This document shows, one piece after another, positions 9,333-18,125 of a stretch of DNA of 64,000 bases (position 1 is the stretch's first letter; the number at the start of each line of letters is the position of its first letter). Position numbers and translations under genes: made by a program. The notes beneath the pieces were generated by a model. The model worked only from the letters and a program-made list of their open reading frames with translations, ran no database searches and was not told the origin of the DNA. The DNA comes from Gemmatimonadaceae bacterium (GTDB lineage Bacteria; Gemmatimonadota; Gemmatimonadetes; Gemmatimonadales; Gemmatimonadaceae): positions 10,180 to 74,179 of the forward strand of contig JBBDYA010000114.1 of the NCBI GenBank assembly GCA_040902005.1. The letters run 5' to 3'.

Positions 9333-9523
9333 GTTGATTTCGTCCTTTCTTTTTTGTGATTTTCGACAGCTTGGAAATCTAACCCCGTGCGGGAATTGGG
9401 GCTACGACGCCACCGCCAGCGGAAATCGGACGGGCGACCGCGATCTCCTTGACTCTCGTGCGCGGCTTTCGGTCACCCGGTATGGAGGTTGAAACTGTAG
9501 CGCTGGTCAGGTTACGTCTGAGC

Positions 9524-10648
9524 ATGCCCAGGCGCTCCAATTCTCCCCATGCAGCGCGCTCGACGGTACCCGCCGTGAACACGCGAGCGAGCGCGGCCGG
9601 CACCACCCGCTATGCGGAGCGGTTCGCATCCGGCTTCGTTCCCGATTTCTTCCGCGCCTCGCGCGCGGGGCTCACACTCTCGTCCGTGGCCTTCGGCACG
9701 TACCTGGGCGACAGCGACGACGCCACGGATGATCTGTACGCCGGATCGGCGCGCGAAGCGTTATCGAGCGGGATGAACGTGGTGGACACCGCGATCAACT
9801 ACCGGTGTCAGCGGTCCGAGCGGGTGATCGGGCGCGTGCTCCAGGAACTGATGGGCGAAGGGGTGCTTCGTCGCGACGAGGTGGTGCTATGTACGAAGGC
9901 GGGATACGTCCCGATGGACGGCGCGCCGCCGGAGTCGCGTCAGGCGTACGAGCAGTATCTGCGCACCGAGTATTTCGATGCAGGGGTGCTGCGCCCGGAG
10001 GACCTGGTTGGCGGCGGTCACTCGATCGCGCCCGCGTTTCTCGAGAACCAGCTGCGGCGCAGCATGCGCAACCTGGGCGTGCAGAGCATCGACTACTTCT
10101 ACATCCACAATCCGGAGCATCAGCTCACGGCGATCACGCCGGCGGAGCTTTCGACGCGGCTGCGCGCGGCGTTCGAGACGCTGGAGAATCTCGTGGCCGA
10201 GGGCGCGATCGGCGCGTACGGATGCGCCACGTGGAACGGGCTGCGGCTGCCCGCCGGAAGCAACGGACACCTGTCGCTGTACGAGCTGGCAGCGCTTGCC
10301 GGGGAGGTGGCCGGCACGGACCACCATTTCCGGATTGCGCAGCTCCCGGTGAACCTGTCGATGTCGGAGGCGGTGCGGGTGTCCACGCAGCGGGGCGCGC
10401 GCGGGCGATTGGTGCACGTGGTGGACGCGGCGGCCGAGCTGGGGATCGACCTGGTGGTAAGCGCGCCGCTGTTGCAGGGGCAGCTGGCCGAGGGGATGCC
10501 CGATCAGGTGCGTGAGATGTTCCCCGGGAAGACGGACGCGCAGCGCGCGCTGTCGTTCGCGCGCGGAGTTCCGGCGGCCGTGACCGTGGCAGTGGGGACG
10601 AGGACCGCGGCTCACGTGCGGGAGAATCTCGCGGGCGTTCGCGTATGA
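9524..10648 (+). CDS. Aldo/keto reductase family oxidoreductase
   Basis: GMNVVDTAINYR, CTKAGY and IDYFYIHNP are typical AKR motifs. The start is uncertain (ATG 9524 chosen). Confidence 0.8.
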   Translation: MPRRSNSPHAARSTVPAVNTRASAAGTTRYAERFASGFVPDFFRASRAGLTLSSVAFGTYLGDSDDATDDLYAGSAREALSSGMNVVDTAINYRCQRSERVIGRVLQELMGEGVLRRDEVVLCTKAGYVPMDGAPPESRQAYEQYLRTEYFDAGVLRPEDLVGGGHSIAPAFLENQLRRSMRNLGVQSIDYFYIHNPEHQLTAITPAELSTRLRAAFETLENLVAEGAIGAYGCATWNGLRLPAGSNGHLSLYELAALAGEVAGTDHHFRIAQLPVNLSMSEAVRVSTQRGARGRLVHVVDAAAELGIDLVVSAPLLQGQLAEGMPDQVREMFPGKTDAQRALSFARGVPAAVTVAVGTRTAAHVRENLAGVRV

Positions 10649-10706
10649 CGCGGATGTACGCGGATGGACGCGGATGCACGCGGATGACGCGGATTTACGC
10701 GGATGC
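10648..10706. repeat. Six tandem copies of ACGCGGATG(N), period 10 (one unit of 9)
   Basis: The array reads ACGCGGATGT ACGCGGATGG ACGCGGATGC ACGCGGATG ACGCGGATTT ACGCGGATG. It starts on the last base of the AKR stop codon and ends about 270 bp upstream of the first pilin gene. Confidence 0.85.
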
Positions 10707-10978
10707 GCCCGTTTGCGGGGCGGGCTGTCGGGTGATCGCCCCCCTCTGACCGGTGGCTCGCCACTGGTCGTGAGCCGGTCCGCGCCGTACGTTCTGTACC
10801 CCGCCCCGACGGCGCCCGGATGTGATCGGCTAAGTGCAGATTCCGCGCGTTGTTACGTACCGGAGTGACGGGAGCGCCGAGGCGAGTAACGCCATGTTGA
10901 CGGCGGGGGCGCAGCTTCGGTGCGGAGATTCGGGTCAGGCGACAAAGTCAGTCCAGCACTTCTACCAGGAGTACGGCA

Positions 10979-11650
10979 ATGAGGGCGCAACAGGGCAGGA
11001 AGCGTGGATTCACGCTCGTTGAAACCGTGGTTACAGTTGGGATCATTGCCGCACTTGCGGCTGTGGTGTACCCGAGCGTCGTGAAACAGTTCGACAGTGC
11101 CGATCCCACCAAAGTTGCGGAGGATCTCAACAGCATTCGCACCGGAATGGAGATGTTTGGTGTGAACGTAAGGCCGCAGTCGCCGGGTGACATTGAGGAT
11201 CTTCTCATTCAGCCTGACGGCGCCGACTTCAGCTCGGTGGGCGTGGCCTATACCGCGTCCGAACAAGCGTCCTGGAATGGCCCATATCTGACTGCTTCCG
11301 TGTCGCCAGCGATAGGGCAGTACGACGCCGCAATTGTGACCGGTTTCGGTGGTACAATAGTCAACCGAACACCGCTGTTCGATCTCACTGAGGCGGGCGA
11401 GTTCACAGTGTCTGGAGACACGCTATACGACGTGAGTCCAACGACAGACGCGTCGTTCGTTGCGGTACGTATTACCGGACTGAGCGGCGTCGCCTTCAAT
11501 GCCGTAAACCTGTTACTCGACGGTCCGAACGAGGATGACGTTACTGAGCGGCGGACGCTCGGCAGACTGAGGTGCCCTCAAGTGGCCTACGCGGATAACG
11601 ACGCAAGCTGTGCAAACGCGTATTATCTGGCTGTACCGACCCGTCAATAG
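10979..11650 (+). CDS. Prepilin-type N-terminal cleavage/methylation domain protein, GspG-like (pseudo)pilin 1
   Basis: MRAQQGRKRG/FTLVETVVTVGIIAALAAVVYP is a class III signal with Glu5. The internal motif WNGPYL is present. AGGAG lies upstream. Confidence 0.85.
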   Translation: MRAQQGRKRGFTLVETVVTVGIIAALAAVVYPSVVKQFDSADPTKVAEDLNSIRTGMEMFGVNVRPQSPGDIEDLLIQPDGADFSSVGVAYTASEQASWNGPYLTASVSPAIGQYDAAIVTGFGGTIVNRTPLFDLTEAGEFTVSGDTLYDVSPTTDASFVAVRITGLSGVAFNAVNLLLDGPNEDDVTERRTLGRLRCPQVAYADNDASCANAYYLAVPTRQ

Positions 11651-11762
11651 GACCTGATTCTGTCTATCGCTCGCCGCGGACCATTCTCCGCGGCGAGCCT
11701 CTTCTGCCTGATCGTGTATAGTCCGATGGGCACCCGCACTCAGGCATGTAGTGGTTGAAGAA

Positions 11763-12344
11763 ATGAGACGTCGCACCGGCTTCATGCTGATCGAGATCGT
11801 TGTTGCGATCGCGATTCTTCTGCTGCTCGCCGCCGCGATTACGCCGGTTTTGCTCGGCGGCATCGACGCGGCGCGCATCGAGACAGGCTCCAAGGTGCTG
11901 GCCAACGTCGCCGCCGCCGTGCAGGCGTTCGACGACGACATCGGTTCAGGCGCGGGTCCGCTAGCGAATCGATCCGAGTACCCCGGCGAACTGACGCAAC
12001 TCGTGACGGCGGTCACGACGGCGCAGGACAACGTCTGCAACCGCGCGTACGACACCGGTGACGTGGGCGCGTGGAACGGACCCTACCTCGCGCAGTCCGT
12101 GGCGCCCACCGGAATCAAGGCAGCGATCGGAACGATCAACAACACCACCGTCCTCCTGAACGCCACGACGATGGCGCTGCGGGTTCCCCTCGTGACGTTC
12201 GAGGACGCGGTGGCGTTGAACGACCTCGTGGACGGAGATGGCAACACGGTGACCGGATCGCCCACCGGAAGCGTCCGGTTCGGTGCGGCGGATGGTGACG
12301 GACTGGTGACCGTGGATTACGCGGTGCCGATCCAGTCCTGCTGA
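11763..12344 (+). CDS. GspG-like (pseudo)pilin 2
   Basis: MRRRTG/FMLIEIVVAIAILLL with the motif WNGPYL. The protein ends ...AVPIQSC. Confidence 0.8.
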   Translation: MRRRTGFMLIEIVVAIAILLLLAAAITPVLLGGIDAARIETGSKVLANVAAAVQAFDDDIGSGAGPLANRSEYPGELTQLVTAVTTAQDNVCNRAYDTGDVGAWNGPYLAQSVAPTGIKAAIGTINNTTVLLNATTMALRVPLVTFEDAVALNDLVDGDGNTVTGSPTGSVRFGAADGDGLVTVDYAVPIQSC

Positions 12345-12934
12345 TGGACCGCCGCCGGATTCGTCTCCGTCCGACTCTGGTCGCGCGACGCGGCTTCACG
12401 CTCGCGGAGGTCATTGTCAGCCTGATACTCATCGCTGCGCTCGGCGCGGTGCTGGTGCCGCAAGTGGTACAGCGCCTGCGCGATGGTCAGGCGGCCGCGA
12501 TCGCGAACAACCTGAACGGCATCCGGACGGCACTGCTCGAGTACCGCAAGGCGATCGGACGGTATCCGTCGCAGCTCGCGTATCTGGCGACGCAGCCCAC
12601 CCCGGGAGCCACGGATCTGTGCGCGCGCAACGTTCCGATCGATTGGAGCGCGATGTGGCGAGGTCCGTACCTCCAGCAGGCAATCGGGGCGAGCGGCGTG
12701 AGCGTCAGAGACGCGACAATTCTCAATGCGCTCCGGCGTGAACCGGCCACCATTCCCCTGGGGCTGCTCGCCAACTTGTTCATCGACGTAACGAGCGTGG
12801 ACCAGGACGTGGCGGAGATCATCGAGCGAAGCTTCGATCCCACGGTCGATTTCGCCGCGGGAACGATTCGCTGGGTGGCGACGGGCGGCGGGCAGGGAAC
12901 GCTCAGCCTCGTGATGCCCGTGAGGGGATGCTGA
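12344..12934 (+). CDS. GspG-like (pseudo)pilin 3
   Basis: TGATG coupling to the previous gene. ...VARRG/FTLAEVIVSLILIAALGAVLVP. IRTALLEYRKAIGRYPSQL resembles the GspG core. WRGPYL is present and the protein ends ...MPVRGC. Confidence 0.8.
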   Translation: MDRRRIRLRPTLVARRGFTLAEVIVSLILIAALGAVLVPQVVQRLRDGQAAAIANNLNGIRTALLEYRKAIGRYPSQLAYLATQPTPGATDLCARNVPIDWSAMWRGPYLQQAIGASGVSVRDATILNALRREPATIPLGLLANLFIDVTSVDQDVAEIIERSFDPTVDFAAGTIRWVATGGGQGTLSLVMPVRGC

Positions 12935-12949
12935 TTCGGCCCAGCCGGG

Positions 12950-13516
12950 CTATGCACGCTCCGCGTCGCGAAGTTCACGAACGGAATCCAGTATCCCCGG
13001 CTGGTCCTTTGCCGCGGCCAGCGGCTCCAGCCTTCCCAGGATAGCCTCCCAGTCGAGCTGGTTGCCGCGGCGCCTGGCAATGCCAACCAGGTCGGCCCGG
13101 TCGCGCGGCCGGTCGGCGAACGCCTTGAGCACGAACAGGTCTTCGGCGCTGCACAGCCGGAGAGTGGTACCTGGTTCCAGCTCAGCCAGCGCCGCGCGGT
13201 CGATCATTTCCGATTCGAATGGCAGCGCCGCAAGGGCAACGTCCACTTCGATGCCCTGTGACGTTGCCAGCAGGAGCACCCGGTGCACCAGCGCGAATGC
13301 GCGCGCATCCGCGATGCGGCCCGCGTACGCGCCGAGCAGTGCGTCGACGACCGCTTCCTCACCACCGAATCCGGTGAAGACGGAGATGTCGATATCGCGA
13401 GTTGTGCGGGGCTCGCCCCAGTGTTGCACCGCGATGCCCCCGATGAAGCAGAAGCGCAATTTCCGCGAGTCCAGCGCCGTCTGGAGGGCCGCGGCCTCGC
13501 GAAAGAGATGGATCAC
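12950..13516 (-). CDS. Nucleotidyltransferase-fold protein (AbiEii-like minimal NTase; candidate toxin)
   Basis: FIGGIAVQHWGEPRTTRDIDISV matches the GG-x(n)-R-x-[ST]-x-D-I-D NTase signature of the AbiEii/DUF-type families. Its start overlaps the stop of the upstream small gene by 4 nt. Confidence 0.55.
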   Translation of the reverse strand: MIHLFREAAALQTALDSRKLRFCFIGGIAVQHWGEPRTTRDIDISVFTGFGGEEAVVDALLGAYAGRIADARAFALVHRVLLLATSQGIEVDVALAALPFESEMIDRAALAELEPGTTLRLCSAEDLFVLKAFADRPRDRADLVGIARRRGNQLDWEAILGRLEPLAAAKDQPGILDSVRELRDAERA

Positions 13517-13746
13517 CGCCGCAGCCGCTGAAAGATCGCCTGCTGCATCACGAGTCCGGATGTCTCGGTACGCGGGGCGCCGCGCACGGCGGCGTCGAAT
13601 GCATCGGCGAGCTGCCGCAATGCGTCCGCCGTCCGAAGCCGGCGCAGTTCGTCCCGCTTGACGGATGCCAGTGCCGGACCGGCGTTGCGCCAGGTCTCCA
13701 CCCAGCGGCGCAGATCGGCGGAAGCGGATGGTGTTGGGCGAACCAT
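13513..13746 (-). CDS. Small hypothetical protein coupled to the NTase (candidate antitoxin/partner)
   Basis: ATG 13746: MVRPTPSASADLRRWVETWRNAGPALASVKRDELRRLRTADALRQLADAFD... The call rests on translational coupling to the NTase. I recognised no family. Confidence 0.4.
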   Translation of the reverse strand: MVRPTPSASADLRRWVETWRNAGPALASVKRDELRRLRTADALRQLADAFDAAVRGAPRTETSGLVMQQAIFQRLRR

Positions 13747-13796
13747 GCGCGAAAGATAAACCGTGTCAAGTTGCCCAATGGATGCATCGATCGCCT

Positions 13797-16700
13797 TCAG
13801 GGCGCATCCGATCCCGACGGTCCGACGAGCATGGCGCGCGCACCGAAAACCCAGGCTCGATCGCCTGTTGCCCGCCCGCCAATCCATGCCTGGACCTTCG
13901 CCGCGTGGCTTGGCGTGATGATTCGCAGCGTTGAGCGCCAGCGCCGCTGTCCATCCACGAAGAACGTGACGGTCGAATCGGCCTCGATGAACAGGCGCAC
14001 GTCTACCGACGCACCGACCCCGGGCGCGGGCTCCGTGTGCACTTCGCGTCCCACGGAATAGACGAAGCGCCGTGGGTCGGCGGTCCAGGTGAACGACGCA
14101 TGGCGCAGAAACTGCGGCGCGATGGCGTCGATCGTCTCCTCGGTTTCCGGAGCGACGAGTGCCACGTTCACGCTGGTGGCGGCATCGCCGCCGCTCTCAC
14201 CCGGCAGGGCCAGAGAAGCGGAAAGTTCGAGCGAAGGCAGCAACGGAAACGCCGAGCGCGACAACACGCCGCTGTCCGATTCCCTGTCCGCGCCGAGCGA
14301 GAGCGCGGATCGGCCGCTCACACTGCCGGCCCACGGACGCGGCTCTCCCAAGGCGTGCCACCGCGGGGTGACGTCGCGGCCGTTGAATGACGTCAGCGGT
14401 ACCGGCTCCGAACCGATGCGCACGAACGCCGTATCCGATCGCCAGCGTCCCACGTTCGCGACGATTTGTGCGAGACCGGACCGCCTCGCGATCAACGTGC
14501 GCCGCGTGGCCGTGCTGTCCACGGCCGGCGCGAGTATCGAAAGCGACGTGTCCATCGCCACCCATCGCACGGCATGGGCGCCGATGGAGTCGTCGAGCTG
14601 GTCGAGCGCGACGAGGGTGAGCATCGCTGAATCTCCGATCCCCGACACTCCCCCCCCCTGTACGTGCACGCGAACGCGGTCGAGATAACGCGCCTGCCCG
14701 CCACGCCAGTGCACAAGCGACAGGTTGGCGCCGCCGATGCGCACGGCGTCGCCGCCGAGTCGGGGCATCACGTACACGCCCGCGACGCCACCGCGCGTGG
14801 ACTCGAAGCCGATCAATCGTCCGTTGGGAGCGAAGGCCGCGCGATCGTCCTGCGCGGGATCTCGTGTGAGCCTCCAGAGGCGATTATCGCGAACGCCGTA
14901 TGCGTAGAGCTCCGCATTGCCATCGCGCATGCTGGTGAAGGCGAGCAGTTCCCCGTCGCCGGACCAGGCAATGTGCTGATCATCGGACGGATGCCGACTC
15001 ACGTTCTCCATGCCGCTTCCGTCGGAGAAGCTCACGAAGACCTCGCTCTGCCGATCGCTTCCCGCCAGCGCGACCCACGCGATGCGCGAGCCGTCGGGAG
15101 ACCACGCGGCTTCCGTCACTGTATGGCGCTGCGCGGTGTCGATCGGAGCGACGATGTTGCCGGCGATGTGGTGCGCGTAGAGACCGGTGGTGTAGCCGCC
15201 GCTAGGCAGGGCGTGACTGCCGATCGCGAGAAGCCAGCGGCTGTCCGGTGACCAGCCCGCGCCGACCGCATCGGCAAAAGTCGGCAGAATCGGGAGGGTG
15301 TCGCGGCGGTCCGCCGTGATGACGTACAGTCTGGTGCCCTCGGCTGTGACTCGGCTGGCGGCGACGTACTGCGCGTTCGGCGCCGCGACGCCGTTGCCCC
15401 ATGGCCGGCTAAGCGAGTCCAGCCAGACGGGACGCGACGGCGCCGGCGCGGCGCGCGCGGACAGGGTGAAGCCGGCCCGGAGATCACCGGTCACAAGTCG
15501 CAGCGTTCGTCCACCATCGCCGTCAGCGACGACAAGTGTATCGGTCGCGGACGTCGTTGCCGCTCTCGTCAGGTCACTTCGCGGCGCCAGCGTCACTGCG
15601 GAGATGACGAGTGTGGCAACGGCGGCGCCCAGCAGGAACCGCCAGTGCGGAAGCGCGCGTTCCCACCGTGTGGGTATCGGACCCGGTGGCGCTGCCTCGA
15701 CGTGCGTCGGCTCCGAACTCGCAGGGACGGCCGCGGCACCGTTCGCGGCAGCGGTGGACGAAGCGGGGGTCGCGATTCGCCGCTGCCCGGCGCCAATCGC
15801 GGTCAGGTACGATTCGATTTCCTCGCGCTCTCCTGGCGCCTGCGCGAAGGCGCGCGCCGTGCGCAGAAACTGCAATCCTTCCGGCAGGGCTCCGAATGCC
15901 AGGGCATGAAACGCGGCTTTGCGCGCGCTGTCGAACGCCTCACGGGGGTTTCCCGCCAGTGCATGGAAACGCGCGAGTTCAGCGGGGGCCGCGTGGGGTT
16001 CCCGGGTGAACGCCTCGGCAATCCACCCCCCGAGAAATGCGCGGGTGGCCTGCTCCGCGCTCGCCAGCACGACGTCGGAGGCAAGGTCCGTCGCGACGAT
16101 GCCATCGGACAGGACCTCGACCAGACCCTCGCGCTCCAGCGTTCCCACCAGCTCCGCCGCGGCAATCGAGGACACGTGCGCGGCGGCGGCTGCGGAGTCG
16201 CGGTGCACCGGGCGGCCTATCATCGCAATCACCAGCAGAAGGCGTCGCTGGGCAGAGGAGAGGCGTTGCAGTCGATCGGCGATCAGATCGCGCATCGGCA
16301 CGGGCAACTCGCCCAGTTCGTCGCCGCTCATCGCCCGCCGTGCAAGTTCGGCGAGCGATGCGGGAATCCCCTCAGCGCGCCGCGCGACACGATCGGCAAT
16401 CCGCTCCGCCACGCCAGCCGCCGTCAGTGCCGGACGCACGGCGGAGAGCGACGCCTCGAGACTGAGCGGGGCGAGCGTCAACCGTCGCGCGCGGTCACCG
16501 TGCGGCGGCGCGCTGTTGTCCGTTGGCAGCGCCAGCGCACGGAGCCGCGCGAGCAACGCCGCTCCGGCTTGCGACGCGCGCGCGGTGACCACGAACATCA
16601 CGGCCGAGCCAGCCAGCCTTGCGCTGAGGTAGAAGAGGAGATCGAGGGACGAGGGCGCGATGCTGTGCGCATCTTCCACCACGAGCATGATGCGCTGTTC

Positions 16701-17888
16701 GTACGCGGCGGCATCGATGAGCGCCGCGATCCCCTCGAAGAATCGAAGGCGCGCCGCCTCATCCTCCACGTCACTCACGGCCGGCAGGTCGAAGCTGTCG
16801 CGAAGGTCCGGGAGGAGACGCGCGGCCTCGGCGAGCAGATGACGGCTGGCGCCCGCGATCCCTGGGGCGCGGACGAGCGGGCGAAGTGCTTCGGCGAAGA
16901 CACCGAGGGGCAACTGGGCGCCGGCAGGCCGCTCGCGACCGGTGAGCACGAGCGCGCGACCAAGGGTCCTCGCGTGGCTCGCGAGTTCGCGCGTCAGGCG
17001 GGACTTGCCAGTACCGGGGTCACCTTCGATGAGCGCAAATGCGCCGGAGTCTTCACCGGTGCCGCGCCACAACGCGAGCAACTGCGATAGCTCGGCTTCG
17101 CGTCCGGCGAACGCGAGAAGGTCGGGCGAGCCCGTCGAGCCGGCAGCGGCGGGCCGTTCCGCGATCTGCCGTTGCAGGCGCGCGCCCAGTGCCTGAAGCT
17201 CTGGCGGGAGCGGTATTCCGAGCTCGGCGTCGAGGCGCTGGCCGAACTGCTGGAGCAGCTCGCGCGCCTCGATCCCCCGTCCCGCGGACACCAGCGTGGT
17301 GGCCGCGAGTTCCGCCGCCTGGGCATCGAAGGGCGCCACGCCAAGGAGTCGATTCGACCGCGCGATGGCGTCTGGCCAGTTCCCCGCATCGGCGGCGCGC
17401 GCCACCCCGTCGTGCAGGAGCTGACGGGCCCGGGCACGGAAGCGGGCGCGCTCCTGGTCGGCCCAGGAATCGAACGCCGGCTCGCCAAGCTCGCTCCTTT
17501 CCAGGTACTCACCCGAGTACAGCTCCAGCGCTTCATCGAGGCGCCCCGCGATAGCGGCCGCCTCGAACTGGGCATTGTCAATCCAGAGTTCGGCCGAGGG
17601 CACGAGTCGAACCCATTCGCGGTCTGGCGGGAGCAGATCCTCGCCGAGTGCGCCGCGGAGCCGGTGCAAAGCCTGCCGGAAGGTGTTCCGTGCCTTCGCC
17701 GGGTCGGTGTCGCGCCACAGCAGGTCGACAACCTCCTCCCTGGGCGCCTCGTGTCGTATGGAGAGGAAGCAGAGTAATGCGAGCGGCTTACCCCACCCCA
17801 TGCCCTGGGGTGTCTGGCCGGCCTCGTCAGTGAGCGACGGGACGCCAAATGTGCGGAGCCGCAGCCGACCGGCAGTGACGCGTACCAA
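13797..17888 (-). CDS. Giant bitopic regulator: OmpR/SARP-type winged helix + BTAD + P-loop AAA/STAND NTPase + helical region + one TM helix + periplasmic TolB-like PD40 beta-propeller + C-terminal beta-rich domain
   Basis: The wHTH is KPLALLCFLSIRHEAPREEVVDLLWRD...ARNTFRQALHRLRGAL. The BTAD is LELYSGEYL...FDSWADQERARFR. Walker A is GDPGTGKS and Walker B is MLVVEDAHS. The TM helix is FLLGAAVATLVISAVTLAP (about aa 750-769). PD40 repeats include WSPDSRWLLA, WSPDGSRIAWV, IAWSGDGELLAFTSMRDGNAELY and FAPNGRLIGFESTRGGVAGVYV. The annotated start is TTG, so the start is uncertain. Confidence 0.75.
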   Translation of the reverse strand: MVRVTAGRLRLRTFGVPSLTDEAGQTPQGMGWGKPLALLCFLSIRHEAPREEVVDLLWRDTDPAKARNTFRQALHRLRGALGEDLLPPDREWVRLVPSAELWIDNAQFEAAAIAGRLDEALELYSGEYLERSELGEPAFDSWADQERARFRARARQLLHDGVARAADAGNWPDAIARSNRLLGVAPFDAQAAELAATTLVSAGRGIEARELLQQFGQRLDAELGIPLPPELQALGARLQRQIAERPAAAGSTGSPDLLAFAGREAELSQLLALWRGTGEDSGAFALIEGDPGTGKSRLTRELASHARTLGRALVLTGRERPAGAQLPLGVFAEALRPLVRAPGIAGASRHLLAEAARLLPDLRDSFDLPAVSDVEDEAARLRFFEGIAALIDAAAYEQRIMLVVEDAHSIAPSSLDLLFYLSARLAGSAVMFVVTARASQAGAALLARLRALALPTDNSAPPHGDRARRLTLAPLSLEASLSAVRPALTAAGVAERIADRVARRAEGIPASLAELARRAMSGDELGELPVPMRDLIADRLQRLSSAQRRLLLVIAMIGRPVHRDSAAAAAHVSSIAAAELVGTLEREGLVEVLSDGIVATDLASDVVLASAEQATRAFLGGWIAEAFTREPHAAPAELARFHALAGNPREAFDSARKAAFHALAFGALPEGLQFLRTARAFAQAPGEREEIESYLTAIGAGQRRIATPASSTAAANGAAAVPASSEPTHVEAAPPGPIPTRWERALPHWRFLLGAAVATLVISAVTLAPRSDLTRAATTSATDTLVVADGDGGRTLRLVTGDLRAGFTLSARAAPAPSRPVWLDSLSRPWGNGVAAPNAQYVAASRVTAEGTRLYVITADRRDTLPILPTFADAVGAGWSPDSRWLLAIGSHALPSGGYTTGLYAHHIAGNIVAPIDTAQRHTVTEAAWSPDGSRIAWVALAGSDRQSEVFVSFSDGSGMENVSRHPSDDQHIAWSGDGELLAFTSMRDGNAELYAYGVRDNRLWRLTRDPAQDDRAAFAPNGRLIGFESTRGGVAGVYVMPRLGGDAVRIGGANLSLVHWRGGQARYLDRVRVHVQGGGVSGIGDSAMLTLVALDQLDDSIGAHAVRWVAMDTSLSILAPAVDSTATRRTLIARRSGLAQIVANVGRWRSDTAFVRIGSEPVPLTSFNGRDVTPRWHALGEPRPWAGSVSGRSALSLGADRESDSGVLSRSAFPLLPSLELSASLALPGESGGDAATSVNVALVAPETEETIDAIAPQFLRHASFTWTADPRRFVYSVGREVHTEPAPGVGASVDVRLFIEADSTVTFFVDGQRRWRSTLRIITPSHAAKVQAWIGGRATGDRAWVFGARAMLVGPSGSDAP

Positions 17889-18125
17889 TGTAAGTCGTTT
17901 AGTGATATAGTGTTACAGAATCGTTACTCTACATGATGATGGTATAACATGGCGGATTGGGAGTGGAAAGCAACTTCGCCATGGAAAAGGGACCAGCCAG
18001 CGGCATCGTCAGCCGGCCTCAGGCAGTAGTAACGGCGGAGGCCTGAGGGCTGATGGGCCGGTGACGACCGGGTGCGACCTTGAAGGTCAATAATCGTCAA
18101 TTGTGGACCGCCACACCGGGATCCC

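Noticed and set aside
10648-10706. Possible CRISPR array (also considered for 33775-33829)
   Set aside because: The units are 8-10 bp, contiguous and without spacers. No cas genes are in the window, so these are simple tandem repeats.
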